Shown one piece after another: positions 36,297 through 49,489 of a DNA stretch of 64,000 nucleotides. Source of the stretch: Camelus ferus (Eukaryota); NCBI RefSeq assembly GCF_009834535.1, contig NC_045696.1, positions 43,340,001-43,404,000 of the forward strand, given 5' to 3'. Made by a program: the position numbers and the translations under genes. Below the pieces are notes generated by a model. The model was not told where the DNA came from, did no database searches, and saw only the letters and a program-made list of their open reading frames with translations. Position 1 is the first letter of the stretch, and the number at the start of each line of letters is the position of its first letter.

Positions 36297-39200
36297 GGAT
36301 AAAGATAATAAAAATGAGCCATTGAAAATAGAAAGCAAACACTTGGAAAGAAATGTATATGCACTGAACACGGTCAGAGGAGAACTAATACATTACATAG
36401 CTGGAGTTTTCAAAGGACCGGTATTCCCAAGTACTTAAAATTTTCCTAATCATGGGATGATTTTTAAAATTTTACAGATTTTAATATTGCTAAGAAAAAA
36501 ACATTAACCCCCAAACCTCAAGAATATAGTAGTCTCCTAAAAATATACAGACATCTCACTTATAGGTAATGAAGCAAAATCCTGACTAGAGTACTATTAA
36601 ACAACAACAACAAAAATTATAGCATGAAATGGAAGGTAAGAATGGTTCAAGGGAAGAAAATCTATAAACATAATTAATTATATTAATACATATAATAAAT
36701 AATACAGTCATTTGGTTCATATATTTTGAACCGGTATGAACTGGTTTGAAATAATTGGTAAAATTATACATATTTCTTGATAAAATCTCTAAAAAAATAG
36801 GGATAGGCTCTCTTTTTATTCATTAGCAAACTTCAAAACCAATGTAGATATTCTTCTCTTTTTTAAATCATTATTACTTTAGTCCACATAGCATAGAAAT
36901 TTTCCTTGATTAATTTAATATAACTTATAGCTTCAATCAGCGTGCTTATATTTATTTAAAAATTTCTGACCAATTTAGGGACATACAGATTCTAGCTTTG
37001 AATTTGAATACATTTGGAAAGTTATACCAATTTGGTTGAAATGCAATGTTAGTTTAATATAAATCATATTTTCATGAAAACTTACTAAATTTTGCTGAGG
37101 CATAAAAGCATTTGCTCTTCTATATTTTTCATGACCATTTAAAAAAAATTCTCACCAATTATGTCACCAACCTTCAAGGTCAATTGCCTTAATCAAAAGA
37201 TCTAAAATGAATTTGAACTTTAATCCTTTAAATTATTAAACTTGTTGCATAAATGCATAGTATTTTTTTTCCATTTATTATTTACTTTAAAAAAAACCCT
37301 CAATTTTTATAGCTGCAAATTTAGAAAAAAAAATAGTTGCAGGTAAATAAAATTACTTATACCTATTTCATAACACTAACACTGATATCAAGTTAAAATT
37401 CCAAAATTATATTTTACCTCTCTCATTTGCATCTTTGGGATCTGGCACCTCTTTATTTTAAAATATTTGTTCAAATTGCATTAGATGTCCCTATTTGATT
37501 TTTTTTTAAATAATTTAAAATAAAACACCTTTGTTCCCTATTTGCTAAATCAGTCTTACTGGCATTTTCTCATGTTACTCATTTACCAATGGTATTTAAA
37601 GGAATTTAAAGTCTCCCTAAATTAGTTTACATGATTTTTTTCCCAATGTGTAAGTATACTGCATAACAACCAAGAACAGGAAATTTTAGCAGCACAGATC
37701 AAGGGGAACATTTGCTATGTAGAAATATGTGCGTGTATGTAACAGAAGGAAAACTGAGTGGGCAAAAAGATTAGAAAATGAGTCATAAAAATTAAATGAA
37801 CAGTTATCCCTATGTGATAAAGACGTAGTAAACAGTTTACTAGCATACTTTCTGAACACCTGAAGACTTTACATACAAGTAAATATATAGCTGTATTGTT
37901 AAAATTTCTTTATTATGTCATATGACAATTACTCAACAATAGTTATGTTCATGGATGACCCAACTATGAAATTCTATTTATAAAAATATTCTATCATGAT
38001 CTTTTCTAAAATAGTTCATTCCTTGGTTAGAGATTCACATGGACGAGATTGATATCCCATCCCTTTTAATCATGGAATTTAATCAACCACTACATTAGCT
38101 ATACACGAGCCAGGCATCCCTACTCAATGTTTCCACCATCCTTCCTTTTATTATTTGCTGGTCATTCTTAAATTTCTAAACTTATCACCAATGTTCCATT
38201 ATCACAAATTCAAAGACTTTTTCCAACCTACTATGTAATCTTTCACCTCCATTTTTCCTTCTCTACTCCTCTTGTTTTAAGGTCTTTGAATCTACTCTTT
38301 TCTGATTGGAATACTCCCTTCTCTCAACTTGCTTTACTTAGCCAACTGCAATTCATAATTTTGTTGTTTAAATATTATTTGCTAAGAGAAGTTCCCCCTG
38401 ACTCTCTCTAAACAATAAGCTGAGAATTGTTATACATTCTCAGATGAACTTTTGCTTCAAAACAATTATCAAAATTTGAATAAATGCTTAATTGACTTTT
38501 ATGTTGAAAGTTTTCATTCCTCTTTAGGGTATTGGTGACTTTGTTTCTCTTAGTGACGGATGAAAGCCTAACGCTAGCACACAGCAGGTAATACTGACTC
38601 AGTACAGGAGGAATTGACTGGGACAGGAAGTAAGTGAGAGAGCAGGGGAGGAATTTGGCGGTAAAGACCTGGGGTATGAGAATGGCTATACATGTTATAA
38701 GAAAACATAAGACTTATAATGTGAGGATTATAGGGTAGTGTGGAATCAGGGATGGTTTCATTATTTGAGATTTTTACAGGCTGTATGTACTGGAATATTA
38801 TGATTATTAAGCTGTCAATTATCAGTGCAAATCACATCATTGCAATTCTGTAATTGCTAACAATGGACTAGACCTTATAAATTTAGGATAAATCTATAAC
38901 TTGACAAAGAAATATACTCAGTCCAGAGAAAATAAATTATTCTCAATTTCTTAATGGATTTGTCAATAAAATAAACTTGCATGGATAACTTACATGATAA
39001 GTTGAAATTTTTATTTAGAATATATAATGCTGAAATCAAGTGTTGATATTTTCATAAAACTAAATAGTGGTAATAGTGCTATTAAATATTAAAGTTTATA
39101 TTTCCAAAATAGGTATACTCTTTATTGTGTCTGCTAAAAATAATTTGAGTACACTTTTGGTTCTTGAGGAGAATATTTTAATATTCACTGTTATTGGTTA

Positions 39201-39427
39201 ACAATGAGGTTAATGTAAGTGAATTTTGAATATCTATCACTTGATAAACACTTGTGTTGATTTAATTTTTTGCTATTTTTCAGTTTGATAAATAAATTTT
39301 AAAATTACTTTCATTTGTTTCTATTTCACAACTCTCTTATGTGAACACACAGGTGACTCATATTTCTGTATCTTTTTTAAATAATGAGGGTTAATTCAGA
39401 TGCAATCTAAGGGGACTACAGAAATAC

Positions 39428-39481
39428 TGAATATAAAGCACCTTCATATCTTTGAATATAAAGCATCTTCATATCTTTGAA
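39428..39481. repeat. 25-bp tandem duplication (1 mismatch)
   Basis: TGAATATAAAGCA(C/T)CTTCATATCTT x2. Confidence 0.9.
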
Positions 39482-41219
39482 GAAAACTTCCTACCTAAAA
39501 GCAAAGTACTTGCTATTTGTATGTTTGTGTACTGAAATATATTATTTAAATGTGGTGGTCTCAAGACTATATGTCTACCATTTTATTTTTCAGAGGCAGT
39601 GACATTTTTTCATATTTGTTGCAATAAAAGTAGGACTTGTTTCATGTTTACAGAAGGTAGAATTGTTTCTTTGTTTTTTCTGCAGTAACAAATCCTTATT
39701 TTATTGCCTATTCTGTTTCACAATAATAATTATTATGACTTTGAAAATCTCCTGGCATTTTGTAAGTAACAGAACGAGTAAAACTGTGTCAACTTTTTTT
39801 GTTTATTATAAAATTCTAGTACTTGAAAGTTGTTGATGAGGGACTGTAAAATTCAGAGTCTCTGTAATGGGAAACATAACTCTTCAGCAGTGTTTCAAAT
39901 ATGACCCAGGACAGCAGTGATCAAAGTTACTAACTACCTCAATGATGGTTTTCCATAAGGAAAGTATCTATATAACTATAACCAAAGCTATTTAAAGCCA
40001 TTGTGTGAATAATATTCCAGGGAGTGTAACTAATTTCCTTCAATATGACTGCATTAGAGATATGTTTATAATTTGTAAGTATAAAGATTATCAGAGTTAT
40101 TTGTAAGTGAATTTGAATTGACAGTTATCTTAAAGACAGTTTTTAGTGTAAGTCAATTGTTTACAAATTCACCATAGCTGGGTCCAAGCATATTCTAAGA
40201 GCTCTCATGGTGATCCTGATAGTCACAGAGCTGAGAGCCTCTGATTTAAATGGATATAATTTGTTTATATTATCTAGCATGTTGCCTCACACATAGTAAG
40301 CAGATAATAACTATGCATTATCAATGGCGATGATTATAATTTCAGTTCTGTTATATCCTGGGCTATATTGCCTGGTGTGAGGATGTGCTCAGATTGGTCC
40401 TGTTCACCGATACGGTTTCAAAGTATAAATTTGGCGTTCAAATCCTACTAGCCATTCCTGAATGTGGCTACAGGAACAATAGGAAATAGCCAAAGGTAGT
40501 GAAATGTTTTATTAACATCTGTACAAGCACTCCATTGTGCCCCAGTATAGTGCTTCTCTCCTAAGTTTTGCTGGGCTCAAGACACAGGGTACTTCTGCCT
40601 TCATCTTGAGGTGGCTGAGTCTACACAGCAGACCCCGAGTTTCTTACTTAGCTAGCTACAGGGATAGGATGTCTGAATGACTGTCTTGGGATAACAAAGC
40701 TTGTTCTTAGAAGCCAGGACAACATATGAGAAAGGGTGGAGTGTTTGCTCCTTTCTTTAAAAGACAATATTACTGTTCACTCTTTAACCTGACTCAAAGA
40801 GTGTGTTGAGCTTTGACTAATTAATTTATCGAGACCTCCTCCCTGGAAAAGAAATGAGAGTGGGATGTTGACCCTGAATAAGAAGAGAGCAATGAATATT
40901 TGAAGTTAACAGTTAGTTATACAGAACCTCATGATAGAAAAAGAAGAAATCATCTCCATTTTAGTTCTACTTAATTGCTGTAGCTTTTGGTTGCTTTGGA
41001 GACAATGTAAGAAGCAAAATTTACACATATAAATCTTTAAATCCTATCTCCTCTGCTTACTAAAATTCACCATGAATAGAATGTTAATATATCTTTTAAT
41101 CCCATTTTCCATCCATAAATTGGTCAAAATATTAGACATATTTCAGAAGTTTGATAAGAATCAATGATAAATATATTTCAAGAAGTGATCCATAAATTAT
41201 TTACATATATTAATAATAA

Positions 41220-41412
41220 AAGGGTTCTACTGTCAAATATGTTTGAGACAAACTATCTACTTCGGTATTTATCAGATGTTTTACTATGCATTATAAATCT
41301 CCAGATGAGGATATAGCAGGATTTTTCCCCAAAATTATTTATTCATAGAACTCATTTTCCAAAAAGCATCTCAGAGAATTAATAACTTGTTGAAAAACTT
41401 TTAGAAAACATC
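41220..41412. mobile_element. hAT-Charlie remnant (MER112/Charlie4z-like)
   Basis: GGGTTCTACTGTCAAATATGTTTGAGA; TGCATTATAAATCTCCAGATGAGGATATAG; TTCCCCAAAATTATTT. Confidence 0.45.
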
Positions 41413-44228
41413 TAGTTAGGTGTCATAAGTAGTGACTAAGAAAGCATCTAATGTAATGAAATTTTGTACCATGTGATTTGTAACAACACATATTTTGTGT
41501 TAGCTATGTCCCTGGCATTATGTTATGTGGTTGAAATGGCCATATTTGTACAGGATATATAAATTACATGAATTGGAATTTTAGAAGAGTGCAGTGGGCA
41601 CCAGAATTTCTCCAGAAAAGAATGGTGAGGATGTGAGACAGAAGGATAATAGGTCTTTTAATCTGAAGGTCTCTTAATCTGAGTTTTGATAAAATTTACA
41701 AGAAGGAATAAAAGGGCATGGCTCTCCAATCAAAAGCTTAGAAACAGAGTTTTAAGAAAAGGCTAGGTTAAAATTAGACTCAAAATCAGCACAAAGGAAG
41801 GAAAGGAGGGAGAGAAGGAGGAAGAAAGGAAGGAGAGAGGAAGATTGGTTCATCTCCGGGATGCAAGCAGCATGATGTTAGGTTGTGAATTATGCACCTG
41901 AAGAGAATCAATAAAATATTTCAGAGCCAATGAATCTCTCTGCAAAGTCTCAGTAAATTTTCTCCTCTAGAATTGAATGAATCTAGACTTTATTATTCTG
42001 TTTGTTATTCGTTACTGGAAAATTTGCATACAAACAATAAAGTAATAGCTAGGTCTAGAGACAGTAGGAGAATTCTGTGACTACAAGATCAAAGATTGGA
42101 AAGATCTTCCACGCTCTTGAGCAACAGCAGTTTTGGGTACAAAAATAACAATACTGATAATAGAGAAATCTCCCTGCATCAAAATGTCTATGATGTTTCT
42201 TCCTAGTGTCTTATATTTCACCTTCACTGGGGAACAGTTAACATCTTTGTTCCCTTACTTCTTATTATATGCCATAAAAAGCAGTGCAATATATTAGGAG
42301 TCACTAATTCCTTACTTCATCTGTTCTTCCACCTTTACACTAGACTAATAACATTATATCAGCAAAACATATTCTAGAATATTAGAACTAAAAAAAACCC
42401 CACATGAATGTAAACTCTTATTTTAACCAAAATCTAGACTGAAGGAAAGTAGATCACTGAGGCCTGGCTTTAAAAACTGTCTCATTGTCATACGGGCCTA
42501 TCTGCACCCTATTCTACTACATGCCGCTGAAGGATTTCACAGTCCATTTCCCACTCCGCTCTGTGTGACTTCAATGAGCGTAATTTCAGATCTGTTACAA
42601 CTAGAGTGTTCTGATGAATAAAAAGATATTCTAAAGAGAAAAAGAAAAGGAAAACTTACGATCCACTTCAAGGAAAGTCTGCCAAATACTATTTAAAATG
42701 CTAGCATTTCTCATCCAGAAACCAGTGTAAACTAAAATACAGATGACTTTATTCATGTTCCATTTAATAAAGTTTCTTAATTTCACAAGGCAAGAAATTC
42801 TGGAATGACATTTAGTTTCACAGTAATAGAAAGTGCAGTATTGTGCAGGAGCAAGTAAAATACTATTTTATATTGTTTTTCTAAAAGTCTGTGAGTTAAA
42901 TGTTGCCGCTTATTGTGCAGTTAGTCCTCAGGTGTCAGGAACTAGAGGTTCCTGATGTGAGAAGCTACACATATATCAAGATTATGCTAAATATATCGGA
43001 TTCGCCTAAAAAGGAAACTAAAAATGCATGGCTTGTGCACTAGCAGATGTTAAAAATATTTTATAAAAATTCAACTGTATGAATATTTTCTACATTCTTT
43101 CAATATAACCAATGTCTTTATACCAGGATGGTTGTCAGAGGAAAGGGAAACTGACACAGTCTAGATTTTTCAGTGAAAGGGTGTGGATACAGGGACTAGG
43201 ACTTCCGACTGTGAGAACTGCCGTTATAGTCCTGTAGTCTCTTCTGCTCAGAATGTTGACGTTCCACCCACTTCTCCTTGAGAAAGTGAGACTTTGTAAA
43301 AGGAGGATTTCAAAGGGTGTCTACATCTGGACTTAGTCCTGTGGGGCTACCCCATTTCTGTTTCTTCAATTTCACTTCAATTTGCTTGCTTCTTGGAGAA
43401 TGATATCTCACTAACAAGATTCTTCTTTAGCTGCAATAAATTTAAAGCAGTCCTCCTTAATCCTGTGTTAGGAAAGAGTTCAAGTTCATGTCCTGACTCA
43501 GAATTACAGAGTTAGGAGGAGAGAGATCTTTGCTGTACATTTTCTAACTCTGATAGACTCTTTCCTTCTGAAATGCAGTTAGTTCTTTCCTGTTTAATAA
43601 TCTTGGCTCTTTATATCTGCCTGCCTCAATATTTTAACACAGATCTACTTGTAATGATACTCTCACTGGCAATGTTCTTTGATGTTTTTCCCATTGACAC
43701 CTGCACCATATATCCCGTGGACGTGAAGTCAGAACTAGAAGGCACACATTTGCTGACCCAATTCCATGTGATCATTCATTAAATTTGCTTTTGTAAGTGT
43801 AGGTCTTGCTGTATGGAGTAGCTTCCACAAGTCATCACACACAACACATCTGATAGCTTTTAATTTATTGCATCTTAACTCCAAATCCACTTATCATTGT
43901 AAAGAGTGATCTCAGCCTTATAAATGCCTTTCCTTTGTCAGCTGGCAAGGTGTAAAGCTTTGTTTGTAGAGGGTGATAGAGATAAATACAGGAAGCAGAG
44001 CCCTCCATTCAAGGTTCTAATATTTTCCTGGCAGGCTCCTGCAGCACGTTAGGCTTCGTCAGGGTCCACTCCCAGCGTGTGGACAGTTTTCTAGCACCTG
44101 GCACTGCAGCACAAGCAGCTTCTCTGGCACTTGGCTCCTGCACTGGGACAGCAAGCTCTCCAGTGCCCAGCTCCTGCTGCAAGACAGCTTCTGCAGGACA
44201 TGGCAGTCTGCTGCAACCAGTGACCAGT

Positions 44229-44265
44229 ATCCACTGACTACATCCACTGACTACATCCACTGACT
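44229..44265. repeat. 13-bp tandem repeat, about 2.8 copies
   Basis: ATCCACTGACTAC x2 plus ATCCACTGACT. Confidence 0.9.
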
Positions 44266-44549
44266 CCTGATTCCAGCAGTTTTATGGTGGAATGCCTTTG
44301 ATGTGACACACCTTTCTATGGCAACCTTGGGGACAAATTTCCAGAAAGTGCCACTGGTGCAGCCACACTGCTACTTCTCTGCCATGCAGTGACAAACGGG
44401 GCCATTCATTCCCCAGCAAGGCCTCGATCTCAGCCTGGGGGCAGGAAGGTCTCTTCTTTAGGTGTTCTATGTTAGCTCAAGGAATACTGGTTACTTTTTT
44501 ACATCTGCTTTTCTTATATTATTTAGAGTTCTCACTACTTCTTCCTAGC

Positions 44550-44967
44550 TATAATGGTTAATTTGTGTTATCTTGGCTAGAGTATGCTGACCAGTTGTTT
44601 CGTTAAACACTGCTCTAGATGCAGCTGTAAAAGTATTTTTATACATAATTAACATTTACAATTAGTTGTCTTCAAGTGAAATAGATTGTTCTCCATAATG
44701 TGAATGAGCCTCATCTAGTCGGTTGAAGGCTTTAAGACAAGAAGACTGATGTTTCCTGAAGAAGGAATTTGGCCTGAGTTTTCAGTCTTTGGACTCAAAC
44801 CTGCAACATAAACTATTATCTGAACCCTCAGCCTGCAGGCTTGCCCTACAGATATCAGATTTAGCAGACTCCATAATCTGATGAGCCAATTCCTTAAAAT
44901 AAATCTTTCAGTGTCTTTCTCTCTTAGCCTATTGATTCTGTGTCCCTAGAGAATCATGACTAATACA
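44550..44967 (+). mobile_element. MLT2-family (MLT2D-like) solo LTR with 5-bp TSD
   Basis: Starts TATAATGGTTAAT; CTCCATAATGTG..GCCTCATCTAGTCGGTTGAAGGC; GAGCCAATTCCTTAAAATAAATCT; ends GACTAATACA. TSD CTAGC at 44545-44549 and 44968-44972. Confidence 0.88.
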
Positions 44968-46061
44968 CTAGCCAACCTCTCATTAATCAAATCCCTTGTT
45001 AGTGTTAATCATTTCTTTAAACTTTCTCTATACATATTACTGTGCAGTTTTTGTCTCCTGATTGGACACAACCAATCCAGCACTCTTGCACACTGACAGC
45101 ATAACGTCTGTATGAGACGTTACGGGTGACAGAGCTGGGATGACACCATCCAGTATTTGAAACAAAGTTTCCTCTATGTCCATCCCTGTTTATGTTTTTC
45201 AAGGCTTCTGGTCATCTTGTTTTGAGGTAAGGTGGGTGAGTACTGGCAACAGGAAACCAAAATCATTACCTCAGACAATCAGGGTTACACATATACTTTA
45301 AAAATAGAATTGGAACTATATGGCTATTGTTTTTGGCATATATCATTTTCCTGATTTTTATTGTGAATATATCTGGAACAAAAGAGAAAAGATAAAGAAT
45401 AGCAATCATTCTCTAATTAGAGAGGACATCATATTCTAATACTGTAGATAAACAGAATCATCAAAAGTGGTAGAGTAATAGAAGAACAGCTCATAATTAG
45501 AAACATAGAAGAGCTCTCAATTGGAAACAAATATGCGGAATAGAAAATAAGCCTTATCTTTTTTTCAATTTTCAAAGAGAAAATTTCACAGGAAAAGCAA
45601 CTTAAAGAGCTGCCTCAATGTTCTCTATCTATATAAATATGCTTCTCATAACCAAATACCTGGAAATCATTTTTTAAATCACCTCTCTTAAGTTGCTATA
45701 TCCAATAATTCACGAAGTTTAGTGCCTGTTAGCACAAAAATATATTTCAAATCAATTCACTTCTCTCTGATTGGTATGCAAACTGCATTAACCTTTAAAC
45801 TATTAGCATTAGCTAATGCACACACACTACACTAACCCTTAAACTATCAGCCTTGGCTAAGTCAGTATAATTTATCCCCTGGCTTACTGTGTTGGGTTCC
45901 CTAATATCCTCCCAGATACCACTATTGCATTCTTTGGTCCAATCTTTATAATCACTCCAAGTGATATTTGAAAATGTTGATAGCATCATGCCACTTTCCA
46001 ACGTTAGACTCATTGATGACTGTCCATGCTTTTGAAAATGAAACCTGAACTCTTTAATACA

Positions 46062-46231
46062 GAGTGTGCGTATTGCTCACTGGTAAAGTGCATGCTTAGC
46101 ATGCACTAAGTCCTGGGTTCAATCCCCAGTACCTCCTATAAAAATAAATAAATAAATAAGTCTTAATTACCTCCTCCCAAAGAAAAGCACAAAACAAACA
46201 AAAATAAGTAAACAAAATGTTGCAAAAAATA
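46062..46231 (+). mobile_element. tRNA-Ala(AGC)-derived SINE, camelid Vic-1-like
   Basis: GCTCACTGGTAAAGTGCATGCTTAGCATGCACTAAGTCCTGGGTTCAATCCCCAGTACCTCC (A/B boxes, AGC anticodon arm), then (TAAA)n, TAATTACCTCC and an A-rich tail. TSD AA(C/G)TCTTTAATA(C/T)A at 46048-46061 and 46232-46245. Confidence 0.85.
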
Positions 46232-46589
46232 AAGTCTTTAATATAAACTCAAACAACAAAAATAACAGAAAAACTAACATTTATTGTGCTTTTGTCTTAA
46301 GCCTGGTACGAAGTATCTGCATATATTCTCAGTATTCTATTTATATAAAATAATTTATATTTAATAGCACACTTATGCTTAATATTATGTTGATTCTATT
46401 ATTATTATTATTATTTCATAAGGGAACAAAATAAGCACGAGAAGATTAAATGATTTACCAAAAAAACCCAATGATTGCTACTGTCAGAATTCCAACAAAG
46501 GCTAACTCCTTAACTGACAATGTTAATTTTCATGCTTTATCCAGATTGTTGCTCAGCACAATTCTCCACAGGCATCTAATGCAGCCCTC

Positions 46590-47003
46590 CAACTTCCTAT
46601 GATCCAACCACACTGGTACTTGAAACGTTTCAAGTACCAGAAAAATGTAACAAACTTTTTTCCTTTTCAGGCCTTCCCATATGCTGTTTTATTTTTCTGG
46701 TATGCCTTTCCTCCCACTGTCCACACGATTATTTTTACTCATCCTTCAGGACTAAATTTAAATGTCACTCATCTAGAAAATCACGGGATCGCTGCCCACT
46801 CTAAAAAAAAGATCTTATATGTTACTCTCTAATAGAACCTGTATTTTTAATTTATTGCACTTACAATTAAAAGTGTGTATTTTTTCTCTATTTGATTAAT
46901 TCTCTTTTCCCAAGTAAAGTGTGTGAAGATGAGGATTGAATCTGTTTTGTTCACCAAAGGGTTTCCAATGCCAAGCAATAAATAGTTTACGGATGACTGA
47001 ACA
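46590..47003 (+). mobile_element. L2 3' end
   Basis: CCAACCACACTGG, CAGGCCTTCCCATATGCTGTT, ACTCATCCTTCAGG..AAATGTCAC, TCTGTTTTGTTCACC, CAATAAATAGTT. Confidence 0.7.
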
Positions 47004-49188
47004 AGTGAGGTGTGGAGGCAGAGCTCTTTATAGGAGCTAAAGGGGTTCCCATCTGGCAGATTTCGTTGTTTCTGAAGACAGAATCTTTTTCTCAGTGGGG
47101 AATAGAAAAGAGTTGGATGTGTGAGAAACATGAAAAGATTTAATACACTGTTGCATAAGGTGAAGAATGAATATGCAGTGTCAGCTGTCTGTACCATTGG
47201 TATAACTATTTTTTTTTTCTTTTAAGTATCATTCATTTTTGTGCTATGAGAAAAGAAAGCAAGATGGCAGTAGTTGGGCTTAGTTGCATTTGGGTTTTGG
47301 ACACATGGTTAAAAGGAGAAGACAGGTCCAGAAGCAACCCTGAACTAGGAGCATTAGAACTGACACTGTACGTTAAGGTGGAAGGCAGGTGTTAAGATGA
47401 GATGAACTAATGCTTCAGTCATGTTATAAAACTGTAGCAATCAGAGTGCTGGGCAAACAAGCAGGAAAGAGAAATGCTGCGATAAGAGTGGAATATTTGA
47501 GCTCCTGAAATCAGTGACCCTCTATTAGAAGCAGGTGGTGGAAGGAGATCGTCACTGGAGACAAGGGAGGTTGGGGAACTAGAGGCCAGTGTGCATGGCT
47601 GAGTGGTCTGTGTTGAAATTGAAACCCTCCAGAATGAAGAGAGAAGTTGAGATGGTGATAAAAAACTATGAGGTAAAATGTTTCTAATAATTTGATAGAA
47701 CAGTGACCTCAAAGTGTTGTCAGGGAACAATTAAGTCAGCTCTTAGTGCTGAGTAATGAGAATAAGAAAATAAAGTACCCTGATTTTCAGAGTGCTATGT
47801 GGGAATTGGTCTTTGAGGTACATATAAGTTTATTTATGGCAAAGAGATGGCAGAACTTTCTGAGAGATGACATGGATTTAAGTGGTGTGGTTAATTAGAT
47901 AATAAGAGTTTTAGACAGTAGAGTGGTAGATCTGGGGAAAGAAGGGAGAAGATGAAAGTCAGGACAGGATCATGAAAGGCAGAGAACTGTGAAGACAATT
48001 ATACAGCAAAACATGCTTAACAGTTCATGGGAGGGATAGGACCTGACAGATCACTCACTTATCTAGGAAAAAGAGATATGATAGCATGAATTTCATCTTG
48101 ATATTCTCTTGTAGGGTTATGAACAAATGAGCTTAACATAATATAGGTGTAGTATATAATATAAACAAGTTCTCATAATTGTGGTGGAAGACCGAATATT
48201 GATTTTGTCCATAAACCCAATTATGGGATATTGGCAGCTGCCATGCTTATGTGTGGGCCTGCACTGGGGGTGTATGAGGGGACCATAAAGATGGATGATC
48301 CTAGATGCAGCAGATTGGTACTCACGTAGTTCGGTTGTAAGTTTACCTACCTGGAATAGCGGGACGCTCTCCCTGCCCTTTTGCGTTATCTGCCCAGTTT
48401 AGAGTGTATTTGTTTCCTAAAATATTCAAATTTTTTGAAAGATTGTGATATTTTAAGAATCTCCCACTTCAAAATTTATTACTTTTTTGTATGAAACATC
48501 ACAAATGTTTCTGTTTTACTGTGTATCAACTATAAATTTCAGCTCTTATACAACATAAAAAAAAAAAAAAAAAACTATGTCTACAATGCCATGGTCACTT
48601 TCTCACTCTCCTGTTCATTGTTTTCTCCAAAGCATCTCTGGTCCATCCACCACGTCATACCTTAACACTGAATCCAACTTTACTGTCACTTAAAACCTCA
48701 AACCAAGTTCTTCTTAAAATCCTTTTCTGGCATCCCAAAGAAGGGAGATTCAACCAAATACACAATGATGTAATTTTTCTAAGACAGTTGCTGCTACGGC
48801 CAACTTTTCACTTCTTTTGTTGTTTTGTAGTTTGATAGAACATTCTCTTTGATCTCTGTCCAAATACTAAATTAGTTATGTTTAATGGTCAATCCAATTA
48901 AACAGCATTACAACTACCTTAAGACATACATGTTGTGTGCACCATAATCTGATGGAAATAGCACTGGACAAGAACGCTTTTAATGCCTTCTTAAAAGTGC
49001 TTGTAAGAAAGGCCAATATTATCAACAACACTTATCAAGTATAATATAGTAGTGTTGAAAATGTTTTAAATTATCAGTAAATATTCTGAAACTTCAGATG
49101 CATACATTTAAAAATATAAACTGATTACTCATATATTATCTAATCTCTCACTCTATATGTGTGTATATATATGTACATATACACTTTT

Positions 49189-49212
49189 TATATATATATA
49201 TATATATATATA
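49189..49212. repeat. (TA)n microsatellite
   Basis: Read directly from the sequence. Confidence 0.9.
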
Positions 49213-49489
49213 ATGGTAAAAATAAACATTATGTTAATTTTGAATATTTACATAGGAGAGAAATTTCAGCAAAATCCATGTATGGTAAAACTAATTTTAA
49301 GGAAACTTTCAAATCCAAAATAAAGTAATCAATTTAGCATGTTTTCAGAAATCTATACAACATAAAGAAAGAAAATAGAGTTTATTGTTTGTTTCCAGAA
49401 AGATAGCTACCTGCAGAATGAATGTTAATGTCTAATAATTTGGAATTTGGAGCTATGAGTATGAACAAGACCACTTATTTTTCTGGCCC

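Larger units (their letters stand above)
43850..45079 (+). mobile_element. ERVL LTR (LTR41/LTR52-like), interrupted by MLT2
   Basis: Start CTCCAAATCCAC..TCCTTTGTCAGCTGGCA..AAGCTTTGT..GTAGAGGG; end TAAACTTTCTCT..ATTACTGTGCAGTTTTTGTCTCCTGATTGGAC. Confidence 0.6.

Noticed and set aside
43961..43980. CTCF site at the position expected in LTR41-like elements
   Set aside because: TGTTTGTAGAGGGTGAT has lost the key CC and GCGC positions
44009..44260. GC-richer overlapping ORFs (83 and 62 aa)
   Set aside because: Lie in an LTR core; their start codons come from the 13-bp tandem repeat
46062..46136. Functional tRNA-Ala gene
   Set aside because: Degraded acceptor stem and D-arm; followed by SINE body and A-rich tail and flanked by a TSD
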